From positions 1,888,001-1,952,000 of the forward strand of contig CAVOFT010000001.1 of the NCBI GenBank assembly GCA_963695095.1: a stretch of DNA of 64,000 bases, in the 5' to 3' direction. Each line of letters opens with the position of its first letter. The first letter of the stretch is position 1. Positions 49,767 to 59,933 of the stretch are shown one piece after another. A program made the translations under genes and the position numbers. The notes beneath the pieces were generated by a model, which did no database searches, was not told the origin of the DNA, and worked only from the letters and a program-made list of their open reading frames with translations. This DNA is from an uncultured bacterium. Lineage in GTDB: Bacteria; Krumholzibacteriota; Krumholzibacteriia; JACNKJ01.

Positions 49767-50111
49767 ATGTGGATCTTGCAGCGCTTCTTCGTCGTCGTGG
49801 CCATCGCCCTGATCCTGCTCATGGGCATGCTCAATGCGGATGAGCAGGTGACGGTGCGCTACTGGTTCGGCACCGCCTACGCCTACCACGACAGCCCCCT
49901 GCCGCTGGTCATGGTGACCTTCTTCTTGATGGGCGTGCTCTTCTACTACCTGTTCTCGGTGGCCCGGGAATGGCGCCTGCGCGCGGAGATTCGCCGTCTG
50001 CGCAAGTTGAGCGATAACAAGGATCGCGAGCTGCGCGATCTGCGCAACCTGCCCCTGGACGACCTGGCGGAGTCCGAGGGCGGCTATGAAACGGGGCTGC
50101 GAGCGCCGTGA
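49767..50111 (+). CDS. lapA: Lipopolysaccharide assembly protein A-like
   Basis: Two TM segments with N...V.V between them, basic coiled tail ending LRNLP; precedes lapB-like gene. Confidence 0.75.
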   Translation: MWILQRFFVVVAIALILLMGMLNADEQVTVRYWFGTAYAYHDSPLPLVMVTFFLMGVLFYYLFSVAREWRLRAEIRRLRKLSDNKDRELRDLRNLPLDDLAESEGGYETGLRAP

Positions 50112-51274
50112 CGGACCTCTCCTGGCTCCTGCCGATCACGCTCGTCGTCCTCGTGGTGGTGCTCGTCGTCTACCGGCGGCAGCGGGGCACGAAGGCGAAG
50201 GCGCCCATCGTCGATCATCATCTGGCGGCGCTGGAGGCCCTGGCGGACGGGGACGGCGCCCGCGCCCTCGGCGAGCTGCAGATGGCCGTGCAGCAGGGGC
50301 AGGGCGGCGTCGACGCCTACCTGCGCCTGGCCGAGCTCTCGCGCGCCGAGGGCCAGCTCAAGAAGGCCATCCACCTGCATCGTTCCCTGGCGGTCAACAC
50401 GAGCTGGAGTCCGGCCGTGCGCCAGCGCATCTTGCGCGGCCTGGCCGAGGACTACCTCGCCGCCGGCCGCTGGGACGATGCGCTCACCCAGCTCGACGAG
50501 TTGCGCAAGCTCGACGCTCGCGACCCGGCCATCTACCGCCGCCTCTGCCAGGTCTACCTGCGCAAGCAGGACGGCGAGCGCGCTGAACAGGCGCTCAAGC
50601 GCGCGCATCGCCTGGAGGGCAAGGCGCGCGGTGACGAGCTGGCCATCCTGCACAGCGAACTCGCGCGGCGCTTCCTCGCCGACCAGCGGCAGCGGGAGGC
50701 CGCCAAGGCCGTCGAGGAAGCCCTCAAGCTGGATCCGGCCTGCCTGCCGGCATTGCGTCTCTCGGTGGACCTGGCGCTGCACGAGGGCAAGGAGCAGGAG
50801 GCGGCCGATGCCCTGCAGCGCCTCGCTCTCACCGCGCAGCCGGGTTCAGAAGATGATTATGCCCGCATGGAAAAGCACTTCTTCGACCTCGGCCGCTACC
50901 ACGAGATCCAGTTCGTCTACCAGGAGGTGCTCAGCAAGGAGCCCGGCTTCTGGCCGGCCCGTTTCGCCCTGGCCCGCATCCTCCAGAAGCGCGGCCGACG
51001 CGATGAGGCGGTGCACCTCCTCGATCCGGGGCTGGAGGGCGACTCCGCGACGGCGGGGCGCGCCGCTGCGCTCCTGCTCGATTGGGAGCAGCCGGAGCGC
51101 GCTCGGCGCTGGCTGGAGCGCTGGGCGGGCGAGGTCCAGCCTCGTGTGACCACCTACCGCTGTCGCACCTGCGGTGTCGAGCACGCACGACCGCGCTGGT
51201 ATTGCCCCGCCTGCCATGCCTTCAAGAGCTACGAGCCCGTCCGCGAGGACTACCGTGTTCAGCGCGCGACTTGA
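50108..51274 (+). CDS. lapB: LapB-like TPR protein with C-terminal rubredoxin-type motif
   Basis: N-terminal TM, KAIHLHRSL, LAEDY..AG, TPRs, YRCRTCG...WYCPAC. Confidence 0.8.
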   Translation: MTDLSWLLPITLVVLVVVLVVYRRQRGTKAKAPIVDHHLAALEALADGDGARALGELQMAVQQGQGGVDAYLRLAELSRAEGQLKKAIHLHRSLAVNTSWSPAVRQRILRGLAEDYLAAGRWDDALTQLDELRKLDARDPAIYRRLCQVYLRKQDGERAEQALKRAHRLEGKARGDELAILHSELARRFLADQRQREAAKAVEEALKLDPACLPALRLSVDLALHEGKEQEAADALQRLALTAQPGSEDDYARMEKHFFDLGRYHEIQFVYQEVLSKEPGFWPARFALARILQKRGRRDEAVHLLDPGLEGDSATAGRAAALLLDWEQPERARRWLERWAGEVQPRVTTYRCRTCGVEHARPRWYCPACHAFKSYEPVREDYRVQRAT

Positions 51275-51280
51275 GCGGGA

Positions 51281-52130
51281 GTGGCGCCGCGCGGGGAGGC
51301 TCTGCGCCCTCGCCCTGCTGCTCGCCCTGCTGCCTGCCACGGCCACGGCCTCGGCCTGGCCCACGCCGCCCCGCGCCGCGGCGGTCAGCCTGGGCAACCT
51401 CCGGCCGGCGGAGGCGCAGGACTATCGCTTCGCGGCCGGCTTCTACCAGGCCCTGAGCCGCGAGCTGGGCGCGGGCGACACCGGACGCCTCGACGCCGTC
51501 AGGGCGAATTTCCTTGGACGCGCCCTGCTCAGCCTCGGCGAAGGGGCCGCGGCCAACCGCCTGCTCGGCCGCCGCCGGGATCTGCCGCCCAATCTGGGTC
51601 TGCTCCTCGCGCTCACCGTCAAGCCGTCCGCCTGGAGTGCCCTCGAGCGAGAGCGCTGGCGGGCCGCCTTCCCCGCCGAGGATGCGGAATCGCTCTTCTG
51701 GCGGGCGCGCCTGGCGCAGGCGATGGGGGATACAGGCGGGGCGCGGCAGGGTCTCGCCGAGCTGCTGCGCCGGGAGCCGGGCTCCGTCTTCGCGCCGGCA
51801 GCGCTCGAACTGCTGCAGTCCCTGCCGGCGCCGGCGCCCCTGGCGAGCGGACCGGGCGCCGTCGGCGAGCTGCGCGTGCAGTGGGGCGTCTTCCGGGAGA
51901 CGCAGGGCGCCCGCCGGCTGCTCGACGCCCTGCTGGCCTACGGTCAGCCGGCGGAACTCCTGCGCACCCTCGCCGGGGGCCAGGAGCTCTTCCGCGTCTG
52001 CTCGCCGCCCGTGGCCACGGAAGCGGAGGCGCAGGCCCTGGGCGAGCAGTTGCGCCTGCGCTACGCACTGGATTTCGTGATCTACCGGCCGGCGCGCGAC
52101 GACCATGAGGAGTCCGGAGCGCGGCGATGA
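51281..52130 (+). CDS. Exported protein with TPR-like region and C-terminal SPOR-like domain (start unresolved)
   Basis: Signal peptide LCALALLLALLPATATA; VQWGVF...A..L...L...G, FRV...P.....EA; no clean in-frame start near the lapB stop. Confidence 0.65.
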
Positions 52131-54763
52131 GCCGTGCCAGCGGCCGCCTGACGCCCATGATGGCGCAGTATCAGCAGATCAAGCGCGAGCATCCCGACCG
52201 CATCCTGCTCTATCGCATGGGCGATTTCTACGAGACCTTCTACGAGGATGCGGTGACGGCCAGCCGCGTGCTGGGCATTGCGCTGACCACGCGCGGCAAG
52301 AGCGAAGGGGAGCCCGTGCCCCTGGCCGGCGTACCGCATCACTCGGTGAACACCTACATCCATCGCCTGTTGCGCGCGGGCCACAGCGTCGCCATCTGCG
52401 AGCAGGTCGAGGATCCCGCCCTGGCCAAGGGCGTGGTCAAGCGCGCGGTCACCGAGGTGATCACGCCGGGGACCATCGCGATCGAGGAATTCCTGCCCGC
52501 GGATGAAGGCAGCTACTGTCTGGCGCTGCAGCCGGCGATCGACGGCCGCATCGGCTACGCGCTGGGGGATATCGCCAGCGGTGAATTGCTGGCGGGCCTG
52601 GAGCCGGCCGCCCTCGTGCTCGGCCTGCCCGGCCGCTATCGGGTGCGCGAGCTGGTCCATGCCGAAGGCCTGGAGGAGGCCGGCTGGCTCGCGGAATTGC
52701 GCGGCCTCTATCCGGACCTGCATCTGACGCCGCGGCGAGCCTGGGACTTCCTCGCCGGCGAGGCCGAAGGCGCCCTGTGCCGGCACTTCGGTGTCGCGCG
52801 CAGCGAGCTGCTGGGTTTTCGCAGCGGCGAGGAGGCGATGCAGCGCGCGACGGGGGCCCTGCTCGGCTACTTCCATGAGCTGAAGAGCGCCGATCTCTCC
52901 TATGTCGACCGCATCCAGTTCCTGCGTGCGGACGCGACGATGGTCCTGGACCGCGTGACGGTGGAGAACCTGGAGCTGCTGCGGCCTCTGCGCGGGGAGG
53001 ATGCCGCCGCCACGCTCTTCGCGCAGCTCAACCGCTGTCGCACGCGCATGGGCGCTCGCCTGCTGTCGCGCTGGCTGCTGGCGCCCCTGCTCGATGTCGC
53101 GGCCATCCAGGCGCGGCTGGACGCCGTGGGCGAACTGCTGGCAGACCCGGCCCGGCGGCGCGATCTGGGCGAGCAGCTGGCGCGCGCGGCCGACCTGGAG
53201 CGACTCATCGGCCGCCTGGGCAGCGGGCAGGGCCGCCCGCGCGATCTGAGAGCCCTGGCCGACACGCTGGCCCTGTTGCCGGCCCTGCAGGCCCTGCTCG
53301 CGGACTCCAGCAGCGCCCTGCTCCAGGAGCTGGGCACGACCCTGCTGCCTCTGGCTCCCCTGCGGGACCTGCTGGCCGCCGGCCTGGTGGACGAGCCGCC
53401 CGCCAGGCTCGGCGAGGGCGGGCTGATCGCCGAGGGCTTCGACGCGGAGCTCGACCGCCTGCGCAGGCTCAGCAGCGAGGGGCGGGCCTGGATTCTCGGT
53501 CTCCAGGAGGAGGAGCGCGCGCGCAGCGGCATCGCGAAGCTGAAGGTGGGCTACAACCGCGTCTTCGGCTACTACCTGGAAGTGGGGCGCAGCCAGGAGG
53601 GCAAGGTGCCCGCCGACTACACGCTGAAGCAGACGCTCACCGATAGCCTGCGCTACAGCACGCCCGGGCTCAAGAGTCGCGAGGAGGAGATCCTCGGCGC
53701 GGAGGAGCGCCGCCAGCGCCGGGAGCTGGAGCTCTTCGAGGACCTGCGCCGGCAGGCCTTCGCCGAGCATCTGGCCATCCAGACGAACGCGCGCGCACTG
53801 GCCAGCCTGGACTGCCTCGGCGCCCTGGCCGAGCTGGCCGAGCGGGGCCACTATTGCCGGCCGGAGATCCTCGCAGAGCCCCTGCTCGAGATTCGCGGCG
53901 GGCGGCATCCGGTGGTGGAGGCCCTCCTGCCCGCGGGGGGCGATTTCATCCCCAACGATCTCCTGCTCGATCCCGACCGGGAGCAGATCCATCTGCTCAC
54001 GGGCCCGAACATGGGCGGCAAGTCCACCTTCCTGCGCCAGACGGCCCTCATCGTGATCCTGGCGCAGATGGGCAGCTTCGTACCGGCGGCCGCCGCGCGC
54101 GTGGGCCTCGCCGACGCCATCTTCACGCGCGTCGGCGCGAGCGACAACCTGGCGCGCGGTCAGAGCACCTTCTTGATCGAGATGGAGGAGACGGCCGCGA
54201 TCCTGAGAAGCCTCGGCCCACGCAGCCTGGTGCTGATGGACGAGGTGGGGCGCGGCACCAGCACCTACGACGGACTGAGCCTCGCCTGGGCGGTGCTCGA
54301 GCACCTGCACGGCCCCGTGGCCGAGCCGGCCCCGCGCCCGCGCTGCCTCTTCGCCACGCACTATCACGAGCTGACGCGTCTGGAAGCCGAGCTGCCCCGC
54401 CTGCGCAATTACCATGTCACGGTGAAGGAGTGGCAGGAGACGATCGTCTTCCTGCGCCGCATCGAGCCCGGTCCGGCCGAGCGCAGCTATGGCATCCACG
54501 TCGCGCGCCTCGCGGGCCTGCCGCCCGCCGTGATCGCCCGCGCCTTTCAGCTCTTGCAATGGATCGAACAAAACCGGACCATGGCGGATGAGCTCGCCGG
54601 CGCCCCGGCGCCCCGGCAACAACTGGAGCTGTTTCCGGCCGGCCCGCGAGCGCTGCTGCGCGCGCTGGGGGCGCTGGATCTCGAAACGATGACGCCCCTG
54701 GACGCGCTGAACGCATTGCACCAGCTGCAGGCACAGCTAGAGGCCGAAGGCGGCGCGCCATGA
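52127..54763 (+). CDS. mutS: DNA mismatch repair protein MutS
   Basis: TPMMAQY, RMGDFYE, GRHPVVE, TGPNMGGKST, STFLIEM, DEVGRGTST, FATHYHEL, SYGIHVA. Confidence 0.98.
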   Translation: MSRASGRLTPMMAQYQQIKREHPDRILLYRMGDFYETFYEDAVTASRVLGIALTTRGKSEGEPVPLAGVPHHSVNTYIHRLLRAGHSVAICEQVEDPALAKGVVKRAVTEVITPGTIAIEEFLPADEGSYCLALQPAIDGRIGYALGDIASGELLAGLEPAALVLGLPGRYRVRELVHAEGLEEAGWLAELRGLYPDLHLTPRRAWDFLAGEAEGALCRHFGVARSELLGFRSGEEAMQRATGALLGYFHELKSADLSYVDRIQFLRADATMVLDRVTVENLELLRPLRGEDAAATLFAQLNRCRTRMGARLLSRWLLAPLLDVAAIQARLDAVGELLADPARRRDLGEQLARAADLERLIGRLGSGQGRPRDLRALADTLALLPALQALLADSSSALLQELGTTLLPLAPLRDLLAAGLVDEPPARLGEGGLIAEGFDAELDRLRRLSSEGRAWILGLQEEERARSGIAKLKVGYNRVFGYYLEVGRSQEGKVPADYTLKQTLTDSLRYSTPGLKSREEEILGAEERRQRRELELFEDLRRQAFAEHLAIQTNARALASLDCLGALAELAERGHYCRPEILAEPLLEIRGGRHPVVEALLPAGGDFIPNDLLLDPDREQIHLLTGPNMGGKSTFLRQTALIVILAQMGSFVPAAAARVGLADAIFTRVGASDNLARGQSTFLIEMEETAAILRSLGPRSLVLMDEVGRGTSTYDGLSLAWAVLEHLHGPVAEPAPRPRCLFATHYHELTRLEAELPRLRNYHVTVKEWQETIVFLRRIEPGPAERSYGIHVARLAGLPPAVIARAFQLLQWIEQNRTMADELAGAPAPRQQLELFPAGPRALLRALGALDLETMTPLDALNALHQLQAQLEAEGGAP

Positions 54764-55560
54764 CGCAGACCCGCGAGAGAGTGATCCTGGCCGGCGACGA
54801 CGCCGAACTCGTGCCCCTGCTCGAGCGGCTGCGGGCGCGGGGCCTGGCCGAGATCGTGGCCCTGGGCAGCGCCGCGCCCGACAGCCTCACCGCCATCCTG
54901 GCAGCGGTCGGGGGCCTGCCCCTGCTCACGCTTGCCGGCGCCGAGCCGGTGCCGGCGGCGGACCTCTGGATCTGCTCGGCGGACTGGCGCTCGCGGGCGG
55001 GGGCCACGCCCTGCCTGGCCTTCCCGGCCGCGCTCGAGCGCTGGCCGGAGAGCGCCGCCGCCCCGGCCCCGGCCGCGCCGGCAGCGGATCCGGCGCTGCG
55101 CGAGCAGGCGGCCGTCGCGCTGGCCGGCGCCCCCTTCGCCGCCTTCGCGCGGGAACTGCAGCGGGAGATCCAGCGCAGCCAGCGCTACCATCTCGGTTTC
55201 ACGCTCTCCATCCTGCGGGTCCTGGACGCTGCCGGCCAGGCCCTGCCCGAACGGGCCTTCCTCGCCGAGCCCCTGCGCGGCCTGCCGGCGCGGGCGGGCC
55301 GCGCCTGCGACAGCTGGGGGCTCAGCCAGGAAGGCTACCTGCTCCATCTGGCCCCGGAAACGCTGGAGCAGGCCAGCGCACTGCGCCGCCGCCTGGAAGC
55401 GGCCCTCCAAGAGGCTCTGGCCGGCCAGCCCGGTGGCCCCTGGCGCGTGGAGACGGGCCAGGCGCTCTATCCGCGCGATGGCGAGCTCGGCAAGGCCCTG
55501 GTCGACATCGCGCTGCAGCGACTGCTGCGGCGCCTCGCCCGGGGCGAGGCCGATTCATGA
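54760..55560 (+). CDS. Degenerate GGDEF-domain protein with Rossmann-like N-terminus
   Basis: RELQREIQRSQRY...FTLSIL, RACD-SWGLS-QEGYL-LHLAP, GQALYPRDG align with the DGC at 11271; ATGA overlaps on both sides. Confidence 0.75.
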   Translation: MTQTRERVILAGDDAELVPLLERLRARGLAEIVALGSAAPDSLTAILAAVGGLPLLTLAGAEPVPAADLWICSADWRSRAGATPCLAFPAALERWPESAAAPAPAAPAADPALREQAAVALAGAPFAAFARELQREIQRSQRYHLGFTLSILRVLDAAGQALPERAFLAEPLRGLPARAGRACDSWGLSQEGYLLHLAPETLEQASALRRRLEAALQEALAGQPGGPWRVETGQALYPRDGELGKALVDIALQRLLRRLARGEADS

Positions 55561-57362
55561 GGGAAGCCATCCGCGCCCTCTCGCCGGAGACGGTGAACCG
55601 CATCGCCGCCGGCGAGGTGGTCGAGCGCCCCGCCTCGGTGCTCAAGGAACTGCTCGAGAACGCCCTCGACGCGGGCGCCGCGCGCATCGAGCTGGAGTTC
55701 GCCGGCGGCGGCGTGACCTTGCTGCGCCTGAGCGACGACGGCCAGGGCATCCCCCGCGAAGAGCTCGCCCTGGCCCTGGAGCGCCACGCGACGAGCAAGA
55801 TCCGCACGCTGGCGGACCTGGAGCGCGGCGCCACGCTCGGCTTCCGGGGCGAGGCCCTGGCGGCCATCGCTTCGGTGTCCCTGCTCGAACTCGTCAGTCG
55901 CGTCGAGGGCGCCGACAGCGCCTGGCTGATCGCTGCGCGGGGGGGCCGGGTGGACGCGCCGCGCCCGGCGGCGCGCGCGCGCGGCACCACCGTGACCGTG
56001 CGGGAGCTCTTCGGCGATCTGCCCGCGCGGCGCAAGTTCCTGCGCAGCGAGAGCGGCGAGAAGCGCCGGCTGCTGGAGATCTGGCACACCTATGCGCTGG
56101 CCTATCCCGAGCTGCACTTCGTCCTGCGCGAGGAGGGCCGCGACCTGCTGCAACTGCCTCCGGTCGCCGATGCCCGGGAGCGCGCGGGCGCGCTGCTCGG
56201 CGAGGCCACGGCGCGCCACATGGTGGCGCTGGCCGGGACGGAGGGGGACTTCACCGTGCGGGGCCTGATCACGCTGCCCCTGGTCAGCCGGGGCAACCGC
56301 AGCCATCAGTTCCTCTATCTGGGGCGGCGGCCCATCGAGGATAGGCAGGTCAGCCACGCCATCACCCAGGCCGGCGCCGAGTCCTTGCCGCCGGGCCGCT
56401 TCCCGGCGGCGATCCTGTTCATCGAAGCGCCGCCGGGGCAGGTGGACGTCAACGTGCATCCCGCCAAGCGCGAGGTGCGCTTCCGCGACGGCCGCCTCGT
56501 GCACCACCTGGTCAGCCAGGCGATCCGGGGCGCGCTCAGCGAACGCGGCGGCCTCAGGCGATTGCTCGCGACCAGCGATGACCCGCAACTCGGTCCCCAG
56601 CGCGGGGCCGGTCCGGCGGCCGCTCCGGGGGGCCGGGCAGCGGGCCCGGGCCAGAGCGACCTCGCCCTGCCCCCGGGCCCGGCGGCGTTCCCAGGTGGGC
56701 GCCGCGCGGGTGGAGGAGAGAGCTGGCTGCGCCTGGGCGCCGCCGCCCTGGCCGAAGGCGCAGGGGCGCCGGAGGCGGAGCGCGAGGAGCGGCGCTTCTG
56801 GCAGCTGCACGACAGCTTCATCCTCACCCAGATCCGGGGCGGGCTGGTCATCATCGATCAGCACAACGCCCACGAGCGCGTGATCTACGATCGGGCGCGC
56901 GCGGCCATGGCCGGCGAGACGCCGGGCGTGCAGCGCCTGCTCTTTCCGCACACGCTCGAGCTCGGCCCGGCCGCGATGGCCGCCTGGCAGGAGCACGCGA
57001 GCTTCTTCCGCGAGCTGGGCTTCCTCATCGAGAGCTTCGGCGAGCGGACCCTCTCGGTGACGGGCATCCCCGACACCCTGCGCCGCTGGGATGGCGGCCA
57101 GGTGATCCTGGACATCCTCGACGAGGTGATCGCCGAGAGCGGCGGCACCGCCGCGCGCCGCGATCGGGCGCTCATCAGCTTCAGCTGCAAGAGCGCCATC
57201 AAGGCGGGCGAGCCGCTGCGCGAGGAGGAGATGGCCGAGCTCGTCGATCGGCTCTTCGGCACCGAGAACCCCTACACCTGCCCGCATGGGCGGCCCATCG
57301 TGATCCGCATCAGCATGGACGAGCTCGAGAAGCGCTTCCATCGGCGGGTACCGAACTCCTGA
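55557..57362 (+). CDS. mutL: DNA mismatch repair endonuclease MutL
   Basis: [54 protein letters not shown]. Confidence 0.98.
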   Translation: MREAIRALSPETVNRIAAGEVVERPASVLKELLENALDAGAARIELEFAGGGVTLLRLSDDGQGIPREELALALERHATSKIRTLADLERGATLGFRGEALAAIASVSLLELVSRVEGADSAWLIAARGGRVDAPRPAARARGTTVTVRELFGDLPARRKFLRSESGEKRRLLEIWHTYALAYPELHFVLREEGRDLLQLPPVADARERAGALLGEATARHMVALAGTEGDFTVRGLITLPLVSRGNRSHQFLYLGRRPIEDRQVSHAITQAGAESLPPGRFPAAILFIEAPPGQVDVNVHPAKREVRFRDGRLVHHLVSQAIRGALSERGGLRRLLATSDDPQLGPQRGAGPAAAPGGRAAGPGQSDLALPPGPAAFPGGRRAGGGESWLRLGAAALAEGAGAPEAEREERRFWQLHDSFILTQIRGGLVIIDQHNAHERVIYDRARAAMAGETPGVQRLLFPHTLELGPAAMAAWQEHASFFRELGFLIESFGERTLSVTGIPDTLRRWDGGQVILDILDEVIAESGGTAARRDRALISFSCKSAIKAGEPLREEEMAELVDRLFGTENPYTCPHGRPIVIRISMDELEKRFHRRVPNS

Positions 57363-58281
57363 TGCCCAGGGTCCTGGTGATCATGGGGGCCACCGCGACC
57401 GGCAAGAGCGGCCTGGCGCTGGAGCTGGCGGCGGCCACGGGACGGGAGCTGATCAGCGCCGACAGCCGGCAGGTCTATCGCGGCCTGCGCGTGGGCACGG
57501 CTCAACCGACGGCGGCCGAGCGCGCGCGGGTCCCGCACCATGGCATCGATTTCCTGCCGATCGGGCGAGCGCTGGTCGGCGCGCTCCTTCGCGGCGGCGG
57601 CCCTCGCGCTGCTGGCGCGCGAGGACCGCCCAGCCGGCCATCGTGGTGGGCGGCACGGGCTTCTACCTGGAAGCGCTCTGCGAGGGGCTCTTCCCGGCGG
57701 ACATTCCCGCGGCGCAGCTCGCAACGCTGCGCCGGGAGCTCGCACCCCTGGATGGCCCCGCGCTCCACGCGCGCCTGCTGGCCCTCGATCCCGAGACGGC
57801 CGCGCGCCTGCATCCCCACGATCGCCAGCGCCTGGCGCGCGCGCTCGAGGTCTGCCTGGCCACCGGGCAGCCGCTCTCCGTCCACCACGCGGCGGGGCGC
57901 GAACGGCCGGCGGGTTTCCAGTGGCAGCGCGTCCTGCTTGCTCTGGAGCGCAGGGCCTTGCAGGAGCGCATCGCCGCGCGCCTCGACGCCATGCTGGCCG
58001 GCGGCTGGATCGAGGAGGTCGCCGCCCTGCTCGCCGCGGGCGCGGATCCGGGCGCGCCCGGCCTGCAGGCCCTGGGCTATCCCGAGGTCGTCGCCCACCT
58101 GCGCGGCGATCTCGATCGCGGCGCGCTGCGCGAGCGCATCCTCCTGCGCACGCGCCAGTACGCGAAGCGCCAGGAGACCTGGTGGCGGCATCGCGGGCGG
58201 GCAGACTGCGTGCTCGATCCGAGCGCCGCGGACACGCCCGCCCGGCTGCGGGCCCTCCTGGCGGCCTCCGGGTCGCCTTGA
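57362..58281 (+). CDS. miaA: tRNA dimethylallyltransferase, two apparent +1 indels (about 57565 and 57630)
   Basis: [27 protein letters not shown]; shifted [29 protein letters not shown]. Confidence 0.92.
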
Positions 58282-58306
58282 CAGGGCACAGGCCCGCTGC
58301 TAGCCT
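58278..58306 (+). promoter_or_regulatory. Putative sigma70 promoter for tRNA-Gly
   Basis: TTGACA-17 nt-TAGCCT with TGC extension. Confidence 0.75.
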
Positions 58307-58316
58307 TGGCCCCAGC

Positions 58317-58389
58317 GCGGGAATAGCTCAGTTGGTAGAGCAGTTGCTTCCCAAGCAACAGGCCGCGGGTTCGAGTCCCGTTTCCCGCT
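58317..58389 (+). tRNA. tRNA-Gly(CCC), CCA not encoded
   Basis: Acceptor GCGGGAA/TTCCCGC, D arm AGCTCAGTTGGTAGAGC, anticodon arm GTTGC-TTCCCAA-GCAAC, T loop GTTCGAGTC. Confidence 0.96.
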
Positions 58390-58409
58390 CCGCCCGTGCT
58401 CGGCGATCG

Positions 58410-58438
58410 CCCGGCTCCAGCCCAGGGGCCGGGTTTCT
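58410..58438 (+). terminator. Possible intrinsic terminator after tRNA-Gly
   Basis: CCCGGCTCC...GGGGCCGGG stem followed by TTTCT. Confidence 0.5.
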
Positions 58439-58495
58439 CGTCGCTGTCGCCCTCAGTGCGCCGCTCTGCAGCGGCCGGCGATTCCGGAGGATGCG

Positions 58496-59851
58496 ATGCG
58501 CCTCATCCGCTCCCCGCGACATCCGGGCCTGCGCATCGCGCCGGCCGCAGCCGGCGCGGGACTGCGCATCACGGCCCTGGGGCCCGCGCTTGCCGGCCGG
58601 CTGGCCGTGGGGGAGCGCCTGCTCGCCGTCGATGGCGAGGCGATCACGGACGTTCTCGATTTCCACTACTACAGCGCCTTCAGTCTCGAGCCGGAATTGA
58701 CCCTGCTGGCTGCCGACGGTCAGGAACGGCACCTGCGCCTGCCCGGCGAGCTGCTCGAGGGCGAGGCCATCGAGTTCGAGCCGCTCGAGTTCAAGACCTG
58801 CGGCAACGACTGCGTCTTCTGCTTCATCCACCAGATGCCCGCCGGCCTGCGCGATGACCTCTACTTCATGGACGAGGACTACCGGCTGGGTTTCCTCTAC
58901 GGCAACTACGTGACGCTGGCCCTCGCGCGCGAGCACGAGCTCGAGCGCATCGTCCGCCAGCGCCTGAGCCCGGTGTATCTCTCGGTGCACGCCACGGACA
59001 TGGCCCTGCGCAATCGGCTGCTGGGCCTCAAGCGCAGCCGCGACCTGGGCGAGCTCATCGGGCGCCTGCTGGCAGGGGGCATCGCCATCCACACGCAGGT
59101 GGTGCTGGTGCCCGACTGGAACGACGGCGCCGCCCTCGACAAGACGATCGCGGACCTGGCCGCCTACCATCCGGGCATCGAGAGTCTGGGCATCGTGCCG
59201 GTGGGGCTCACCGCGCACCGCGAGCGGCTCACGGCCCTGAAGACCTTCGGCGCGGCGGGCTGCGCCGCGGTGATCGAGCAGGTGGAGGGCTGGCAGCGGC
59301 GCCTCAAGGGCGAGCTCGGCACGCGCTTCGCGCATCTGGCCGACGAGTTCTACCTGCAGGCCGGCCGGCCGCTGCCCGCGATGGCCGACTACGAGGAGTT
59401 CTACCTCTACGACAACGGCATCGGCATGAGCCGCGACTTCCTGGACACCGTGCTCGCCGAGGCGGCGCGCTGGACGCCGCCCGCGCGGCCCCTGCGCGCC
59501 GGCCTGCTCACCGGCAAGCTGGGGGAGCAGCTCTTCCGCGAGACGCTGCTGCCGGCGCTGCCCGCCCTGCCGGGGCTGAGCCTGGAAGTGCGCGGCCTCG
59601 AGAATCGGCTCTTCGGCGCCGGGATCACGGTGAGCGGCCTGCTGCCGGGGGCCGAACTGCTCGCGGGGCGCGCGCTGCTGCCCGCGGACATCGATGTCCT
59701 CGTCCTGCCGCCGAACACGCTCAATGCCAAGGGGCGCTTCCTGGACGATCTCAGCCTCGAGGAGTTCCGCGAGCGCGCCGGCCTGCCCGTGCTCGTACCC
59801 GAAAGCGGACTGCTGGGGGCCCTGTCCGAGTTCGCGCGCGGCCTGAGCTAG
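58496..59851 (+). CDS. DUF512 putative radical-SAM protein with PDZ-like N-terminus
   Basis: CGNDCVFCFIHQMP.GLR..LY.MDEDYRL.FLYGNY.TL, SVHAT, VPVGLT, LADEFY, NGIGM. Confidence 0.9.
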   Translation: MRLIRSPRHPGLRIAPAAAGAGLRITALGPALAGRLAVGERLLAVDGEAITDVLDFHYYSAFSLEPELTLLAADGQERHLRLPGELLEGEAIEFEPLEFKTCGNDCVFCFIHQMPAGLRDDLYFMDEDYRLGFLYGNYVTLALAREHELERIVRQRLSPVYLSVHATDMALRNRLLGLKRSRDLGELIGRLLAGGIAIHTQVVLVPDWNDGAALDKTIADLAAYHPGIESLGIVPVGLTAHRERLTALKTFGAAGCAAVIEQVEGWQRRLKGELGTRFAHLADEFYLQAGRPLPAMADYEEFYLYDNGIGMSRDFLDTVLAEAARWTPPARPLRAGLLTGKLGEQLFRETLLPALPALPGLSLEVRGLENRLFGAGITVSGLLPGAELLAGRALLPADIDVLVLPPNTLNAKGRFLDDLSLEEFRERAGLPVLVPESGLLGALSEFARGLS

Positions 59852-59858
59852 AATCCAC

Positions 59859-59888
59859 TTGAACCTTGCCCGTCGGCCCTGCTAAGGT
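59859..59888 (+). promoter_or_regulatory. Putative extended -10 promoter for the der operon
   Basis: TTGAAC-18 nt-TAAGGT with TGC extension. Confidence 0.5.
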
Positions 59889-59933
59889 GCGCCTATCGCC
59901 TTAGATTTCATTGCTTTTCGCGGGATCGCTCAA

